Source: Fervidicoccaceae archaeon
GTDB lineage: Archaea > Thermoproteota > Thermoprotei_A > Sulfolobales > Fervidicoccaceae
Length of the DNA: 50,013 bases
Assembly (NCBI GenBank): GCA_038734945.1
Contig: JAVYOA010000002.1
Span: 372,001 to 422,013 of the forward strand
Direction: 5' to 3'
Positions 8,834-18,269 of this stretch are shown here, piece after piece. Below the pieces are notes generated by a model that was not told the origin of the DNA, searched no databases, and saw only the letters and a list, made by a program, of their open reading frames with translations. The position numbers and the translations under genes were made by a program. Each line of letters begins with the position of its first letter. The first letter of the stretch is position 1.

Positions 8834-9439
8834 ATGAGAGACATGTTGCTTCGGAGAAAAGTAGTTCTGGCAGTAGTTGATCCCAGGAAGTTCTACCTGC
8901 TAGCTGAAGGCATGAGAAGTTTGGGAATCAATTTCTCCATACCAGAAGCCCTTCCATTTGTTTGCTCTGAAGAAGAGCTTGTTCTTCTTGATGAAGATAG
9001 AGAAGATATGGCAACAGGAGACTGCGAAAAGGTGCTAGTTAAGAGTACAGAAAAAAATTTCATAATGTCTCTGCTTCCTAGGGTTTCTGGAAAAAGGGCT
9101 TTTGATGAGTTGGCTGTTGGAGTTGATCTTGGTCTGAACTCAGCATATGTTGTCTATGGTGATGGGCTTCTGCTGCTGAAGGGAAAAGTTGCTATTGAGA
9201 AGCTGAGCAGGACCCTGAAAGAGATCTCCATGATTCCTCATGAAAGAATGATTGTATGGATTGGAAGCTGGACAGGCGGGGAGGAAATGTGGAATGTTGT
9301 GGGAGAGATACTAGAGCTGGGTGGAATATCAATAGAGATTGTAGATGAGTATGGTACTAGCAGAAATTCTCTTGAGAGGGAGAAAGACCCAGATCTTAGA
9401 GCAGCAAAATTGATTCTCAAGAGGGGTAGAGGGAAGTGA
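8834..9439 (+). CDS. RNase H-fold (YqgF/RuvC-like) protein
   Basis: VGVDLG, VDEYGTS and DLRAAKLI acidic motifs. Confidence 0.6.
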   Translation: MRDMLLRRKVVLAVVDPRKFYLLAEGMRSLGINFSIPEALPFVCSEEELVLLDEDREDMATGDCEKVLVKSTEKNFIMSLLPRVSGKRAFDELAVGVDLGLNSAYVVYGDGLLLLKGKVAIEKLSRTLKEISMIPHERMIVWIGSWTGGEEMWNVVGEILELGGISIEIVDEYGTSRNSLEREKDPDLRAAKLILKRGRGK

Positions 9440-10680
9440 AGATAGCTGCAGAAAAAAATGGAGAATATTATTGGATAAAAGGTCCAGCCAGCATAAGCAT
9501 CGAAGAGGGGAAAGTGGAAATAAATGGAGCTGTTTTCAATCAGGGAGAAAAGATCATAGTGCATTCGAATAGAAGCTACACATTTTTACTGCATGGAGGG
9601 TCTTCTGCTGAGGTTCTAGGCGGAGCGGAATTCGAAATTGATAGTGCAAGCAGAGAGGACATTATAGTTTATGAGAACTGGAAGAAAAAAGCGAGTGAGC
9701 TAATGGATTTGTGCAAGAAGGGAGAGTGCAGAGTTGTAGTTATTGGTGAAGTAGACAGTGGGAAAACATCATTTGCAACTATGATAGCCAATACGTTTTT
9801 ACTCAATGGAAAGATTCCGATTCTCATAGATGCTGATCTTGGTCAGAACACTCTTGGTCTTCCTGGATTCATCGCCATGGGAAAATTTAATGAGAAGAGC
9901 ATATGGCCCAGAGAGCTAGGATGGGATTTCATAGCATTTTTGGGAAGGCTGTCTCCAAGAGGAGTTGAGAGCGAGCTGATTCTCCAAATAAAGAGAATGT
10001 CTGAGAAGGTAATAGGGCATCCTCTGATAATAGATACGGATGGATGGATCTCTGGAAGCGAGGGAGAATCGTATAAATATAGGCTAATAAGCAATCTCTC
10101 CCCTACTATTGTTATAGCTGTTGGGGAGATAAGCAACACGCTCGAGTCTCTGATTTCTGGAGAAGCTGAGATAGTGAAGGTTGGTTCACCTCCTAGGAGA
10201 GCTCGGAGAGATAGGGAGGAAAGGAGGCTAGTGAAGGGAGAGAAGATCCTGAAGTTTCTCTCCAATGCCTCCAAAAGAATCATTGATCTGAGGAATACAC
10301 CCCTCTTCTTTGAAACCAAAATGATCAATCGCAGTTTTGCTGCATTGGAAAGTAAAGCTGAAGATGGAGAGAGCGATACAGTATTGGAGGGGGTGAGGGG
10401 AAAAGCCGATCTGGAAGGGAGAATATGTGCTTTAATAGGAAAGGGTGGGTGGGTTAGAGGAATAGGTATTATCGAGGGACTCAGGAGATGGGAGCTGCTC
10501 GTGAGAACAAACTATTTCGAGGACATAAAGATAGTCCAGATAGGTTATATAAAGCTCGCGGGGAATACATTAATCGAGTTTCCACTTTGGGGTGGAGAAG
10601 TTGCCAGGAGAGCTGAGGTTGGAAGAGGCATTTACAAGGATCGGAGAAAGGTACGAGGAGAGGGAAAGGGCTTTCAATGA
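9436..10680 (+). CDS. Clp1/Nol9-family polynucleotide 5'-kinase
   Basis: GEVDSGKT, DADLGQ, IIDTDGW and REERR motifs. Confidence 0.88.
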   Translation: MKIAAEKNGEYYWIKGPASISIEEGKVEINGAVFNQGEKIIVHSNRSYTFLLHGGSSAEVLGGAEFEIDSASREDIIVYENWKKKASELMDLCKKGECRVVVIGEVDSGKTSFATMIANTFLLNGKIPILIDADLGQNTLGLPGFIAMGKFNEKSIWPRELGWDFIAFLGRLSPRGVESELILQIKRMSEKVIGHPLIIDTDGWISGSEGESYKYRLISNLSPTIVIAVGEISNTLESLISGEAEIVKVGSPPRRARRDREERRLVKGEKILKFLSNASKRIIDLRNTPLFFETKMINRSFAALESKAEDGESDTVLEGVRGKADLEGRICALIGKGGWVRGIGIIEGLRRWELLVRTNYFEDIKIVQIGYIKLAGNTLIEFPLWGGEVARRAEVGRGIYKDRRKVRGEGKGFQ

Positions 10681-11896
10681 GGAATATGAAATAGCTCTTA
10701 TAATCAAGAGAGAGCAGGGGAAGAGAGCTGTTCTCTTGAGAGGCAAGCGCAGCCTACCTCTCATAGTATCGAATTTATTCGAAACTAGAGAGAAGATGCT
10801 CAGGCTCCTCGGTCTTTCGACAATGGAGGATCTCTATGAGAAGACCACTATGAGAACTATGGAAGAGGAAAAAGCCTTCATCTTCGAGAGACTGGAAGAT
10901 CACTATGAAAAGATAAATGTGGGATTCGATTCTCTGGGAGCTCTCAAGTACTATGAGAAGGATGGGGGATTCTACTACACTTCCTCAATAATAGTTGTGA
11001 AAACTGGAAAGAATCACAACGCGAGCATACATAGAATAATGGTTCTAGATTCAAGGAGGGCTGTTGCTAGGATAGTTCCCAGGCATCTCTTCAAAGTATA
11101 TGAGGAGAACAGAAAGAGGGGGGAGAACACAGCAATAACTATCCTTTTAGGCTCACATCCGATTGTAGAGCTGACAGCTTCCATCTCCCCTCCATTTGAT
11201 GAGTTTGAGTTCACTCTCATACCAAACTTCGTAGGAAGGAAGATCTCGGTTGTGAGAAGCCCGATTCATGGTAATCCAGTTCCTCTGGGAACATCCTTCA
11301 TCATTGAGGCAGAAATAACCCAAGAGCAGATAGATGAGGGGCCGTTCGTTGACATAATGGGGACATATGATAGGGTAAGGAAGCAGCCTCTCATCGAGAT
11401 AAAGGAGATATGGGCACTGAGAAATGGAGAGCTGTATAGCCATGCTATACTGCCAGGAGGAGGAGAGCATCAGCTCCTCATGGGAATAACAAAGGAAGCA
11501 CAGATTTGGAAGTCTGTTAGCTCCGTTGTTCCCAAGGTCCACAAAGTTAGGCTCACTCCGGGAGGCGGTGGATGGCTTCATGCTGTCGTATCGATTGAGA
11601 AAAATCATGATGATGATGGAAAGAACGCAATACTTGCGGCCCTTGGAGCCCATCCAAGCCTGAAGCATGTAGTAGTGGTGGATAGTGATATTGATCCAGA
11701 TGATCCATTTCAAGTTGAGTGGGCAATAGCAACTAGATTCCAAGCAGATAAGGATCTTGTATTGATAAGAAAGGCGAGGGGTTCAACGCTGGACCCAAGC
11801 GCCGAGGATGGCTCCACTTCAAAGATGGGATTAGATGCTACAAAGCCGGTTTCATCCCCAATTAGATTTGAGAGGGCAAAAATTCCTGGTGAGTAA
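10592..11896 (+). CDS. UbiD-family decarboxylase (likely trans-anhydromevalonate phosphate decarboxylase)
   Basis: DGGFY, HRIM, EGPFVD, VDSDID and STLDPS motifs; adjacent to an AcnX pair. Confidence 0.85.
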   Translation: MEKLPGELRLEEAFTRIGERYEERERAFNEEYEIALIIKREQGKRAVLLRGKRSLPLIVSNLFETREKMLRLLGLSTMEDLYEKTTMRTMEEEKAFIFERLEDHYEKINVGFDSLGALKYYEKDGGFYYTSSIIVVKTGKNHNASIHRIMVLDSRRAVARIVPRHLFKVYEENRKRGENTAITILLGSHPIVELTASISPPFDEFEFTLIPNFVGRKISVVRSPIHGNPVPLGTSFIIEAEITQEQIDEGPFVDIMGTYDRVRKQPLIEIKEIWALRNGELYSHAILPGGGEHQLLMGITKEAQIWKSVSSVVPKVHKVRLTPGGGGWLHAVVSIEKNHDDDGKNAILAALGAHPSLKHVVVVDSDIDPDDPFQVEWAIATRFQADKDLVLIRKARGSTLDPSAEDGSTSKMGLDATKPVSSPIRFERAKIPGE

Positions 11897-11899
11897 GAC

Positions 11900-13102
11900 T
11901 TGTATTTGAGCAGAGAGGAAGAGGATATATTGAATGGAAAGTTTGGAGAAGCTGCATCCTCTGCACTGAGGGTTATTATAAAGGTTGGAGAGTCTCTGGG
12001 GGCCGAGAGACTAATAGAGATATCACACGCTCATGCATCCGGATTATCCTACATGACAATCGGAGATGCTGGACTCACTTTCCTGAGAAGCTTTGCAGAG
12101 AGGGGGGCAAGAGTAAGGGTATTCTCTACAGTAAATCCAATAGGAATGGATGTTGAGCTCTGGGAGAGGCTCGGAATCTCAAAGGACTTTGCGAAAAAAC
12201 AGATGGAAATAATTGATGCAATTCTCAAGATGGGATTTGAGCCGACGTTCACCTGTACTCCATATTTAATAAGAGCGCCCATAAAAGATGAGCACCTCGC
12301 GTGGGGAGAAAGCAGTGCTGTTGCTATGGCAAACACTTACTATGGAGCCCGAACGAATAGGGAGGGAGGTCCCCTTGCTCTGATGAGCGCTATAGCAGGG
12401 AGAACATACCTTGCAGGGCTTCACCTGGATGAGAACAGAGTTCCCACTCACGAAATAGTTGTTGATGATGAGCTGCCACTCGATGATCCAGCTTTTGCTG
12501 GAGCTCTTGGCTATGTTGTTGGGGAAAAGATCAGGAGCGGAGTTGCATTACTCAGAAGGGCAAAAATGGGTTTCAATTCAGTTAAGTCCTATACTGCTGC
12601 AGCAGCCGCAAGCGGAGACCTGGCACTCACATATATAGAAGGAATAACTCCTCAGTTCAACTGGGCTGTGAAGAAAGCTGACTCTCCTGAGAGGGTTCAC
12701 ATAGAAAGGAAGGAGGTTGAGGAGCTAATCGCACTGAAGGGAAAGGTGGATGTTGACGCGATCTTTGTTGGATGTCCCCATGCAGATGAGGATGAGGTTC
12801 TCGCATTGTATAGATTGATATCCAGGTGTCGAAAGTTGAAGGTTCCAATTTGGATTTCAACTTCGAGAATAACGTATGCTAAGCTGAAGGAAATTGGAAT
12901 CGTGGATAAGTTGGAAGCTCTGGGTGCTGTGATAATAAGAGATACCTGTCCAGTTGTTTCTCCTTTTGTTGGAGAGAAATTCAGATCGGTTGCTATAACC
13001 AGCGGAAAGGGCTTCTTCTATCTTCCCAGAATGCATGGAGCAAGAACAATCATAATTCCATTTAACAGAATAGGTGAGGTAGCATGCGAAAAAAGGAAAT
13101 AA
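11900..13102 (+). CDS. Aconitase X large subunit (phosphomevalonate dehydratase L)
   Basis: TCTPY, WGESSA, GARTNREG, GCPH and DTCPVV motifs. Confidence 0.88.
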   Translation: MYLSREEEDILNGKFGEAASSALRVIIKVGESLGAERLIEISHAHASGLSYMTIGDAGLTFLRSFAERGARVRVFSTVNPIGMDVELWERLGISKDFAKKQMEIIDAILKMGFEPTFTCTPYLIRAPIKDEHLAWGESSAVAMANTYYGARTNREGGPLALMSAIAGRTYLAGLHLDENRVPTHEIVVDDELPLDDPAFAGALGYVVGEKIRSGVALLRRAKMGFNSVKSYTAAAAASGDLALTYIEGITPQFNWAVKKADSPERVHIERKEVEELIALKGKVDVDAIFVGCPHADEDEVLALYRLISRCRKLKVPIWISTSRITYAKLKEIGIVDKLEALGAVIIRDTCPVVSPFVGEKFRSVAITSGKGFFYLPRMHGARTIIIPFNRIGEVACEKRK

Positions 13103-13488
13103 AGTTGAAGGTGCTCGTGGAGGGGAAAGCTGAGGGAGAAGTGGTAGTTTACCAGAGTCCCCTCTCGTTCTTGGGTGAAGTTGATCCGAAGGAAGGGGCA
13201 ATATTACTTAGGGGAGGAGATAGGCTCAAGATTGCTGATAAAATTTTCATATTTCCCGGTCTTAGAGGGAGCACTGTAGGCAGCTATGTCATTTACGCTC
13301 TAAAGCAATATGGAAAAGCACCTTCTGCAATGATTGTGAGGAAAGCAGATCCAATATTAATAGCAGGGGCTGTTCTGGCCGAGATCCCCCTAGCAGAGGG
13401 AATAAATGAGAAGGATATGGAAGAGGCTAAGGAGTTCAGGAGGGGTATATTCGATGGAGAGAGAAGTGTGCTCATGTTTATTGATTAG
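13084..13488 (+). CDS. Aconitase X small subunit (DUF126, phosphomevalonate dehydratase S)
   Basis: [16 protein letters not shown] and KAPSAMI motifs. Confidence 0.88.
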   Translation: MRKKEIKLKVLVEGKAEGEVVVYQSPLSFLGEVDPKEGAILLRGGDRLKIADKIFIFPGLRGSTVGSYVIYALKQYGKAPSAMIVRKADPILIAGAVLAEIPLAEGINEKDMEEAKEFRRGIFDGERSVLMFID

Positions 13489-13850
13489 TCCTTTCTCCTC
13501 TCCTTTCTGAGCTCTCTGAGCTTCGCTACAACATCTAGCCAGCTTGCTATAGCTCGGGAGAGCTTCAGATCTTCATCATAGGATGACGTTCTTCCTATGT
13601 CTTCCGAGAGAATCTCCAGCTGCTTCAATATCTTTTCCTCCATCCTCGCAAAGAGAGGGGTCGAGATCTCAATGACTGCTTCCGTTTCATCAGAAACGAT
13701 TGCTACTTTTCCATGAATTGGGCAAACTATATCTCCATTTTTCAAGCGAAAGAGCGGAGAACCACAGATTGGGCATGATTGGGAGAGCATGGCTGCACCT
13801 TGCCTCAACAGCTCTGCCCCCTTCTTTGCCGCATCCTCGTGCCCACCCAT
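13485..13850 (-). CDS. UPF0148 / Sjogren autoantigen p27-family Zn-finger protein
   Basis: [23 protein letters not shown]. Confidence 0.85.
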   Translation of the reverse strand: MGGHEDAAKKGAELLRQGAAMLSQSCPICGSPLFRLKNGDIVCPIHGKVAIVSDETEAVIEISTPLFARMEEKILKQLEILSEDIGRTSSYDEDLKLSRAIASWLDVVAKLRELRKERRKD

Positions 13851-13901
13851 CTTTATCCTCCCCCTTAAGAAAGGAACCTTGAGCTCAGCATGCTTAAACT
13901 A

Positions 13902-13966
13902 GGGGTCGCTTCTGCAGATGCTCTTCATCGGTTTCCCCTCAATCCGCCCATCGAGCCTCATCCCCC
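13902..13966 (-). ncRNA. Box C/D guide sRNA (predicted 16S Cm1402 guide)
   Basis: GGGG/CCCC terminal stem; C AUGAGGC, D' UUGA, C' AUGAAGA, D GCGA; guide CGAUGGGCGG. Confidence 0.7.
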
Positions 13967-14063
13967 ATTTTTTCTGTGGTCCTATGCCATAATAATGTTT
14001 TTATCCAAAAACACAGATCGATCTGGAATTGAAAGAAAAATTGTTCGTGTGGAGCTGAAAAAA

Positions 14064-15281
14064 TTGACCGAGAAAGGACTAAAGGATGTACTGGAAGAGG
14101 TATTTTCTGAGGCAATGAGATCGAAGATATTCAGAGACAGAGATAAGCTCACACCAGATTATGTTCCAGAGCATCTTCCGTTCAGGGAGGATCAAATAAG
14201 GAGGATCGCCTCAGCACTATCACAGGCACTGAGAGGTTCAAGGCCAAACAATCTGTTCGTCTATGGGCTTACAGGAACTGGGAAAACTGCTGCCGTTAAG
14301 CTGGTTATAAGAGGACTTTCGGAGAGGGCAGCTGAGCTGAGGATCCCGGTCTTCACAGCATATGTCAATTGCAGGCAGAGAGATACAGGATATAGAGTTC
14401 TCGCAGACATTCTCGAGTCACTTGGGGGAAAGGTTCCCTTCACCGGACTGAGCATAGCAGAGCTGCAAAGGAGGCTATCTAAGCGAGTAGAGTCCCTAAA
14501 GGGAAGGGTGATAGTAGTTCTGGATGAAATAGATTTCCTAGTGAAGAAGCAGGGAGATGATATTCTTTACAAGCTGATAAGAATGAATGAGGAGCTAAAT
14601 GGGAGCTCAGTGAGCATTATAGGAATAACAAATGATTTGAATCTAGTTGAAATGCTTGATCCGAGGGTAAAGAGCAGCTTGGGAGAGGAGGAAATAGTAT
14701 TTCCTCCATATGATGCTCTTCAGCTCCGAAGCATACTTGAAGAGAGGGCGAAGATCGCTTTCTATGAAAATGTCCTTGAAGATGATGTTATACCTCTATG
14801 TGCTGCATATGCTGCTAGAGAGCATGGTGATGCCAGAAAGGCGCTGGATTTGCTCAGGATGGCTGGAGAGATGGCTGAGAGGAGAGGGAAAAATAAGGTT
14901 TCGAGAGAGGATGTTGAGGCAGCAAGGGGAGAGCTGGAGAAGGACAAGGTTTATGAGGTTGTCTCCTCGCTGCCTCTTCATGCTAAGCTGATTTTAGCCT
15001 CAATACTTGATCTCACAGCAAGCAATGATAGTGCTACGACGGGAGAAATATTCATTGAATATTCGAAGAAAACATCATCGCTTGGACTAGAAACAGTAAC
15101 ACAGAGAAGAGTGACAGATATAATAAGTGAGCTGGACATGATGGGGCTGGTTTCCGCTAGAGTTGTCAGTAGGGGGAGATATGGCAAGACGAAGATTGTT
15201 AAAATACAGGCTAACAGAGAGAGCATTGAGGCCGCCCTGAGGGAGGACGAGATTGTTGAGCAGCTCATCAGGAGAAAGTGA
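14064..15281 (+). CDS. cdc6: Orc1/Cdc6 replication initiator
   Basis: PDYVPEHLPFRE, GLTGTGKT, VLDEID, GDARKA and wHTH SRGRYGKT; likely TTG start at 14064 after GGAGCTGA. Confidence 0.95.
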   Translation: MTEKGLKDVLEEVFSEAMRSKIFRDRDKLTPDYVPEHLPFREDQIRRIASALSQALRGSRPNNLFVYGLTGTGKTAAVKLVIRGLSERAAELRIPVFTAYVNCRQRDTGYRVLADILESLGGKVPFTGLSIAELQRRLSKRVESLKGRVIVVLDEIDFLVKKQGDDILYKLIRMNEELNGSSVSIIGITNDLNLVEMLDPRVKSSLGEEEIVFPPYDALQLRSILEERAKIAFYENVLEDDVIPLCAAYAAREHGDARKALDLLRMAGEMAERRGKNKVSREDVEAARGELEKDKVYEVVSSLPLHAKLILASILDLTASNDSATTGEIFIEYSKKTSSLGLETVTQRRVTDIISELDMMGLVSARVVSRGRYGKTKIVKIQANRESIEAALREDEIVEQLIRRK

Positions 15282-15846
15282 TGTCTTTGTTGGAATAGAT
15301 GATGGTATGTTCTTGAAGGGAAAAAGCAAGTGGACTGTGCTCGTGGGAGTAAAATTCAATGGCCTTTCTTGGGAAAGGACTGCACTGGAAAAGATCTATG
15401 TAGACCAGCTCAACGGAACTGATTCTGCCCTGAGACTTCTGGAGAGGCTGGTTGAAAAGGGAGAGAGATGCACTGTTTTTCTCGACGGAGTGACCTTCGC
15501 TGGTTTCAATGTGATCGATCCAAATGCTTTATATGAAAGGACAAAATTCTCCATAGTCTCGATTTTCAGAAGAAGGCCAAACAGAGAAAAAATTGAGAGG
15601 GCTCTCAAACTGCACTTCTCTGATTGGATGCTCAGGTGGGAGATAATCTCGAGAGTATCAGATGAGATTGATGAGGTAAGCATAAGAGGGAGGAAGCTTT
15701 TTTTCTATTCTCCAAATAACGTAGCTTTAGCATCTTCCATGATAAGGAGAATGGCGCTTGTATCGAAGATTCCTGAGCCTCTGAGAATAGCTGACATGCT
15801 AGCAAAGGAATTAGGAAGGTTTTTCCTCTCCTTTACATATACATGA
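15253..15846 (+). CDS. DUF99 / endonuclease V-like protein
   Basis: VGIDDG, LDGVTFAGFNVID and KIPEPLRIA motifs. Confidence 0.85.
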   Translation: MLSSSSGESDVFVGIDDGMFLKGKSKWTVLVGVKFNGLSWERTALEKIYVDQLNGTDSALRLLERLVEKGERCTVFLDGVTFAGFNVIDPNALYERTKFSIVSIFRRRPNREKIERALKLHFSDWMLRWEIISRVSDEIDEVSIRGRKLFFYSPNNVALASSMIRRMALVSKIPEPLRIADMLAKELGRFFLSFTYT

Positions 15847-15902
15847 AAAGCCTTCCTTTCCGAATACCATCATTACAGAGAAAATGAAGATCTTTTAAGA
15901 CA

Positions 15903-16970
15903 TCAAATAATGATGAGTCCTTCTCTTTTGGCCAAGCTTAGTACTTCCTCTATTTCATCCTTTCGGACCCTTCTATTGAGATCTTTCCACCTGCTTTCCT
16001 CTAGCAATACTCTATAGGTTGGATAGTACTGATCCATTATGTTTATAACAAGCCAATCCTTTGGCATGTTCTCAGATAACCACTTCACTATGGGCTTGCT
16101 GCAGCATTCCACATGTCCAGGAAGAACTAGATGCCTCAAAATTATGCTTCCCTCCCAGCGAACGCTAATCAGGTTCCTGGTAACCACTTCCCTGTATCTC
16201 GGGGCTGCTGATAGCACAGAAGCGTGGGAAGGTTCCCAGTACTTGAAGTCCGGAAGCCACAGATCGATTACATCGAGAAGCAGCCTCGTTAGCTTCTCGC
16301 TCATGTAGAAATTGCTATTCCATATCTGCGGAACGTCCTCATTGAAGTACTTGAAGCTCTCCACAATTACATGGGCATGAGGTGTTGGTTCTCCCCCAAC
16401 ATGATTAATGTTTATGGCTCCCATTCTCACAAGCTTACTCTGTATTAGAGCAAGGTCTCTGGCATCCACATAGGCCCCCCTTAGAGGAATCTGCTGGGAT
16501 ATCTCGAAATTCTGGCAATAAACGCATCTGAAGTTGCAACCAGTATAGAATATTGTCCCGCTTGGAATCAGAGGATGCTCCTCTCCATAGTGAGGAAAAT
16601 ATGTTGAAACCTGACCTCTGTAGTCTACCCTGCAGTACTTTCCCTTTGCAAGCATTCTATTTGTTCCGCACTTTCTCTCGCATAGTTCACAGCTAAGAAT
16701 CATTCTATTGAGTATTTCCGTCTTTAGATCTATATAGGAAACAGGTGCTTGAGGAAGAGCTTTTTCGTTGTATTTTACGATTTCATTGAGCCGTTTTCTG
16801 AATTCGAACTCCATTTCCCTGTGCAGTGACCAAAGCTCATCATCAGTGAGCATGTTGAGCTCTGCATCGACTGGGATGCTCTTAGCTATTTTATATCTAG
16901 GGGGGTACCTTCCCCTGAGCACTCCAAAGTACCAGCTGAGAGCTGTTTCCAGTTTACTCTCAGCACTCAT
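15903..16970 (-). CDS. Radical SAM protein, PflX family
   Basis: CELCERKC, HYGEE, CNFRCVYCQN, GGEP and LPDFKY motifs. Confidence 0.88.
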   Translation of the reverse strand: MSAESKLETALSWYFGVLRGRYPPRYKIAKSIPVDAELNMLTDDELWSLHREMEFEFRKRLNEIVKYNEKALPQAPVSYIDLKTEILNRMILSCELCERKCGTNRMLAKGKYCRVDYRGQVSTYFPHYGEEHPLIPSGTIFYTGCNFRCVYCQNFEISQQIPLRGAYVDARDLALIQSKLVRMGAININHVGGEPTPHAHVIVESFKYFNEDVPQIWNSNFYMSEKLTRLLLDVIDLWLPDFKYWEPSHASVLSAAPRYREVVTRNLISVRWEGSIILRHLVLPGHVECCSKPIVKWLSENMPKDWLVINIMDQYYPTYRVLLEESRWKDLNRRVRKDEIEEVLSLAKREGLIII

Positions 16971-18202
16971 TGTGGCTCAGCTGTTTTAAGCTCAGAACAA
17001 TACTTCTTTTTATATGATTCGTTTAGCTTCCAGGTCAACCATCTATCCTTGCATACGTCATTGAGTACAGAGAGAATGAAATCACTCAGCATTTCATCCT
17101 CGCTCTTCTCTGACCAATTGTAGAATATCCTTCTTGTAGTTCCCTGCACTACATATTCAAAGAATGGGCTGAGCCTCTTTCTCCTAGCTGGGAAGTACAC
17201 ATATATTGGTTTTCCCAGCCTGGCAGCCTCCATTACTTCGTAGAATACACCATAGGATGCATTTTCCGAATAGTGATACACAATTATTGCATTGGCATTT
17301 CTAACGAGCGATATGTCCCTTTCCACAACTTGTGACCTTATGAGGTCAATGGATTCCTGAAGCTCATCGAGCTTAAGCTTTATGCCATTTATTTCCACTG
17401 CACTCTCATTTCCGCTAAATGCTGTTTCATATTCTGTGATGAGATCCCAATCCTTTATGGTGAGGGGATTTAGAACTATGAAATACTTGGAGATAGCAGA
17501 TATGAATTTCGAGATTTCCTGCTCAACCTTCTCCAGTGGAATTCCAGTTATTGGGAAGCTCAGATATATCTTTGGTTTCTCCCGCACAATCAGATCTAGG
17601 AAGGTTGAAACTGGATGATTCACGCTGAATACGAGCCAATCTATTTTTTTACCATCGCGCCTGCTCTGTATTTCTCTTATGTAGTCCAGAACCAAGTTGA
17701 TGCTCTCCTTTCTCCAGGTAGCCAAAATGCTCAGCCTGGGCTCAATTCTTCCTCTCCAAGCTTGATCAGATAATAGCCTCTTCTTTACATTTAATAGGTC
17801 ATCAACTAATATGTAGATCTCTTCAGGATTTATTCTCTCTATATGTTTGATGCTGAGCCCTCTTATAATTCCCTCGGGGTGTGTGTGGCTGGGAGCTATT
17901 CTAAATATTGCAGGAGAGCTAATTACGCTGATAACATTTCTCTTAGATGATGCTTCTCTCCTGTTGATCCTCGCTATTATCTCCTCTATGGCTTCATCCC
18001 TAATTGTATTGAGCTGCTCTGGAGAAAGGTCCAGGACGTTTTCCCTCGTTATGTTTAGAGAGTACCTCTCTCCAACGAGTTTCATGTAGTCGAAAACCCT
18101 GTATATGTCAATGGATGCATCGATATTGCTTTTTGAAGCTAGATCAACTAGTTCATCTAGAAACTCGTCCCTTCTGTTCAGAGGAGGGCTTGTAACAAGA
18201 AT
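16967..18202 (-). CDS. NMP-kinase-like + nucleoside 2-deoxyribosyltransferase-like fusion (start uncertain)
   Basis: C-terminal YLSFPIT..RDISLV..SYGVFYE..GKPIY; frame open 39+ codons upstream of ATG 18085. Confidence 0.65.
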   Translation of the reverse strand: MLVTSPPLNRRDEFLDELVDLASKSNIDASIDIYRVFDYMKLVGERYSLNITRENVLDLSPEQLNTIRDEAIEEIIARINRREASSKRNVISVISSPAIFRIAPSHTHPEGIIRGLSIKHIERINPEEIYILVDDLLNVKKRLLSDQAWRGRIEPRLSILATWRKESINLVLDYIREIQSRRDGKKIDWLVFSVNHPVSTFLDLIVREKPKIYLSFPITGIPLEKVEQEISKFISAISKYFIVLNPLTIKDWDLITEYETAFSGNESAVEINGIKLKLDELQESIDLIRSQVVERDISLVRNANAIIVYHYSENASYGVFYEVMEAARLGKPIYVYFPARRKRLSPFFEYVVQGTTRRIFYNWSEKSEDEMLSDFILSVLNDVCKDRWLTWKLNESYKKKYCSELKTAEPQ

Positions 18203-18269
18203 TCTCCTATGCCCTCCCCTATCTTGGGAGTAAGTGGGTGAGAGGTTGGAAGAAAAAAGCTGCGTTGAG

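Noticed and set aside
13890..14063. 58-aa N-terminal extension of Cdc6 in the ORF track
   Set aside because: Non-conserved-looking sequence overlapping a predicted sRNA and promoters; TTG 14064 has an SD-like motif
13851..14063. Replication origin expected upstream of cdc6
   Set aside because: No ORB repeats seen, only a short palindrome CAGATCGATCTG
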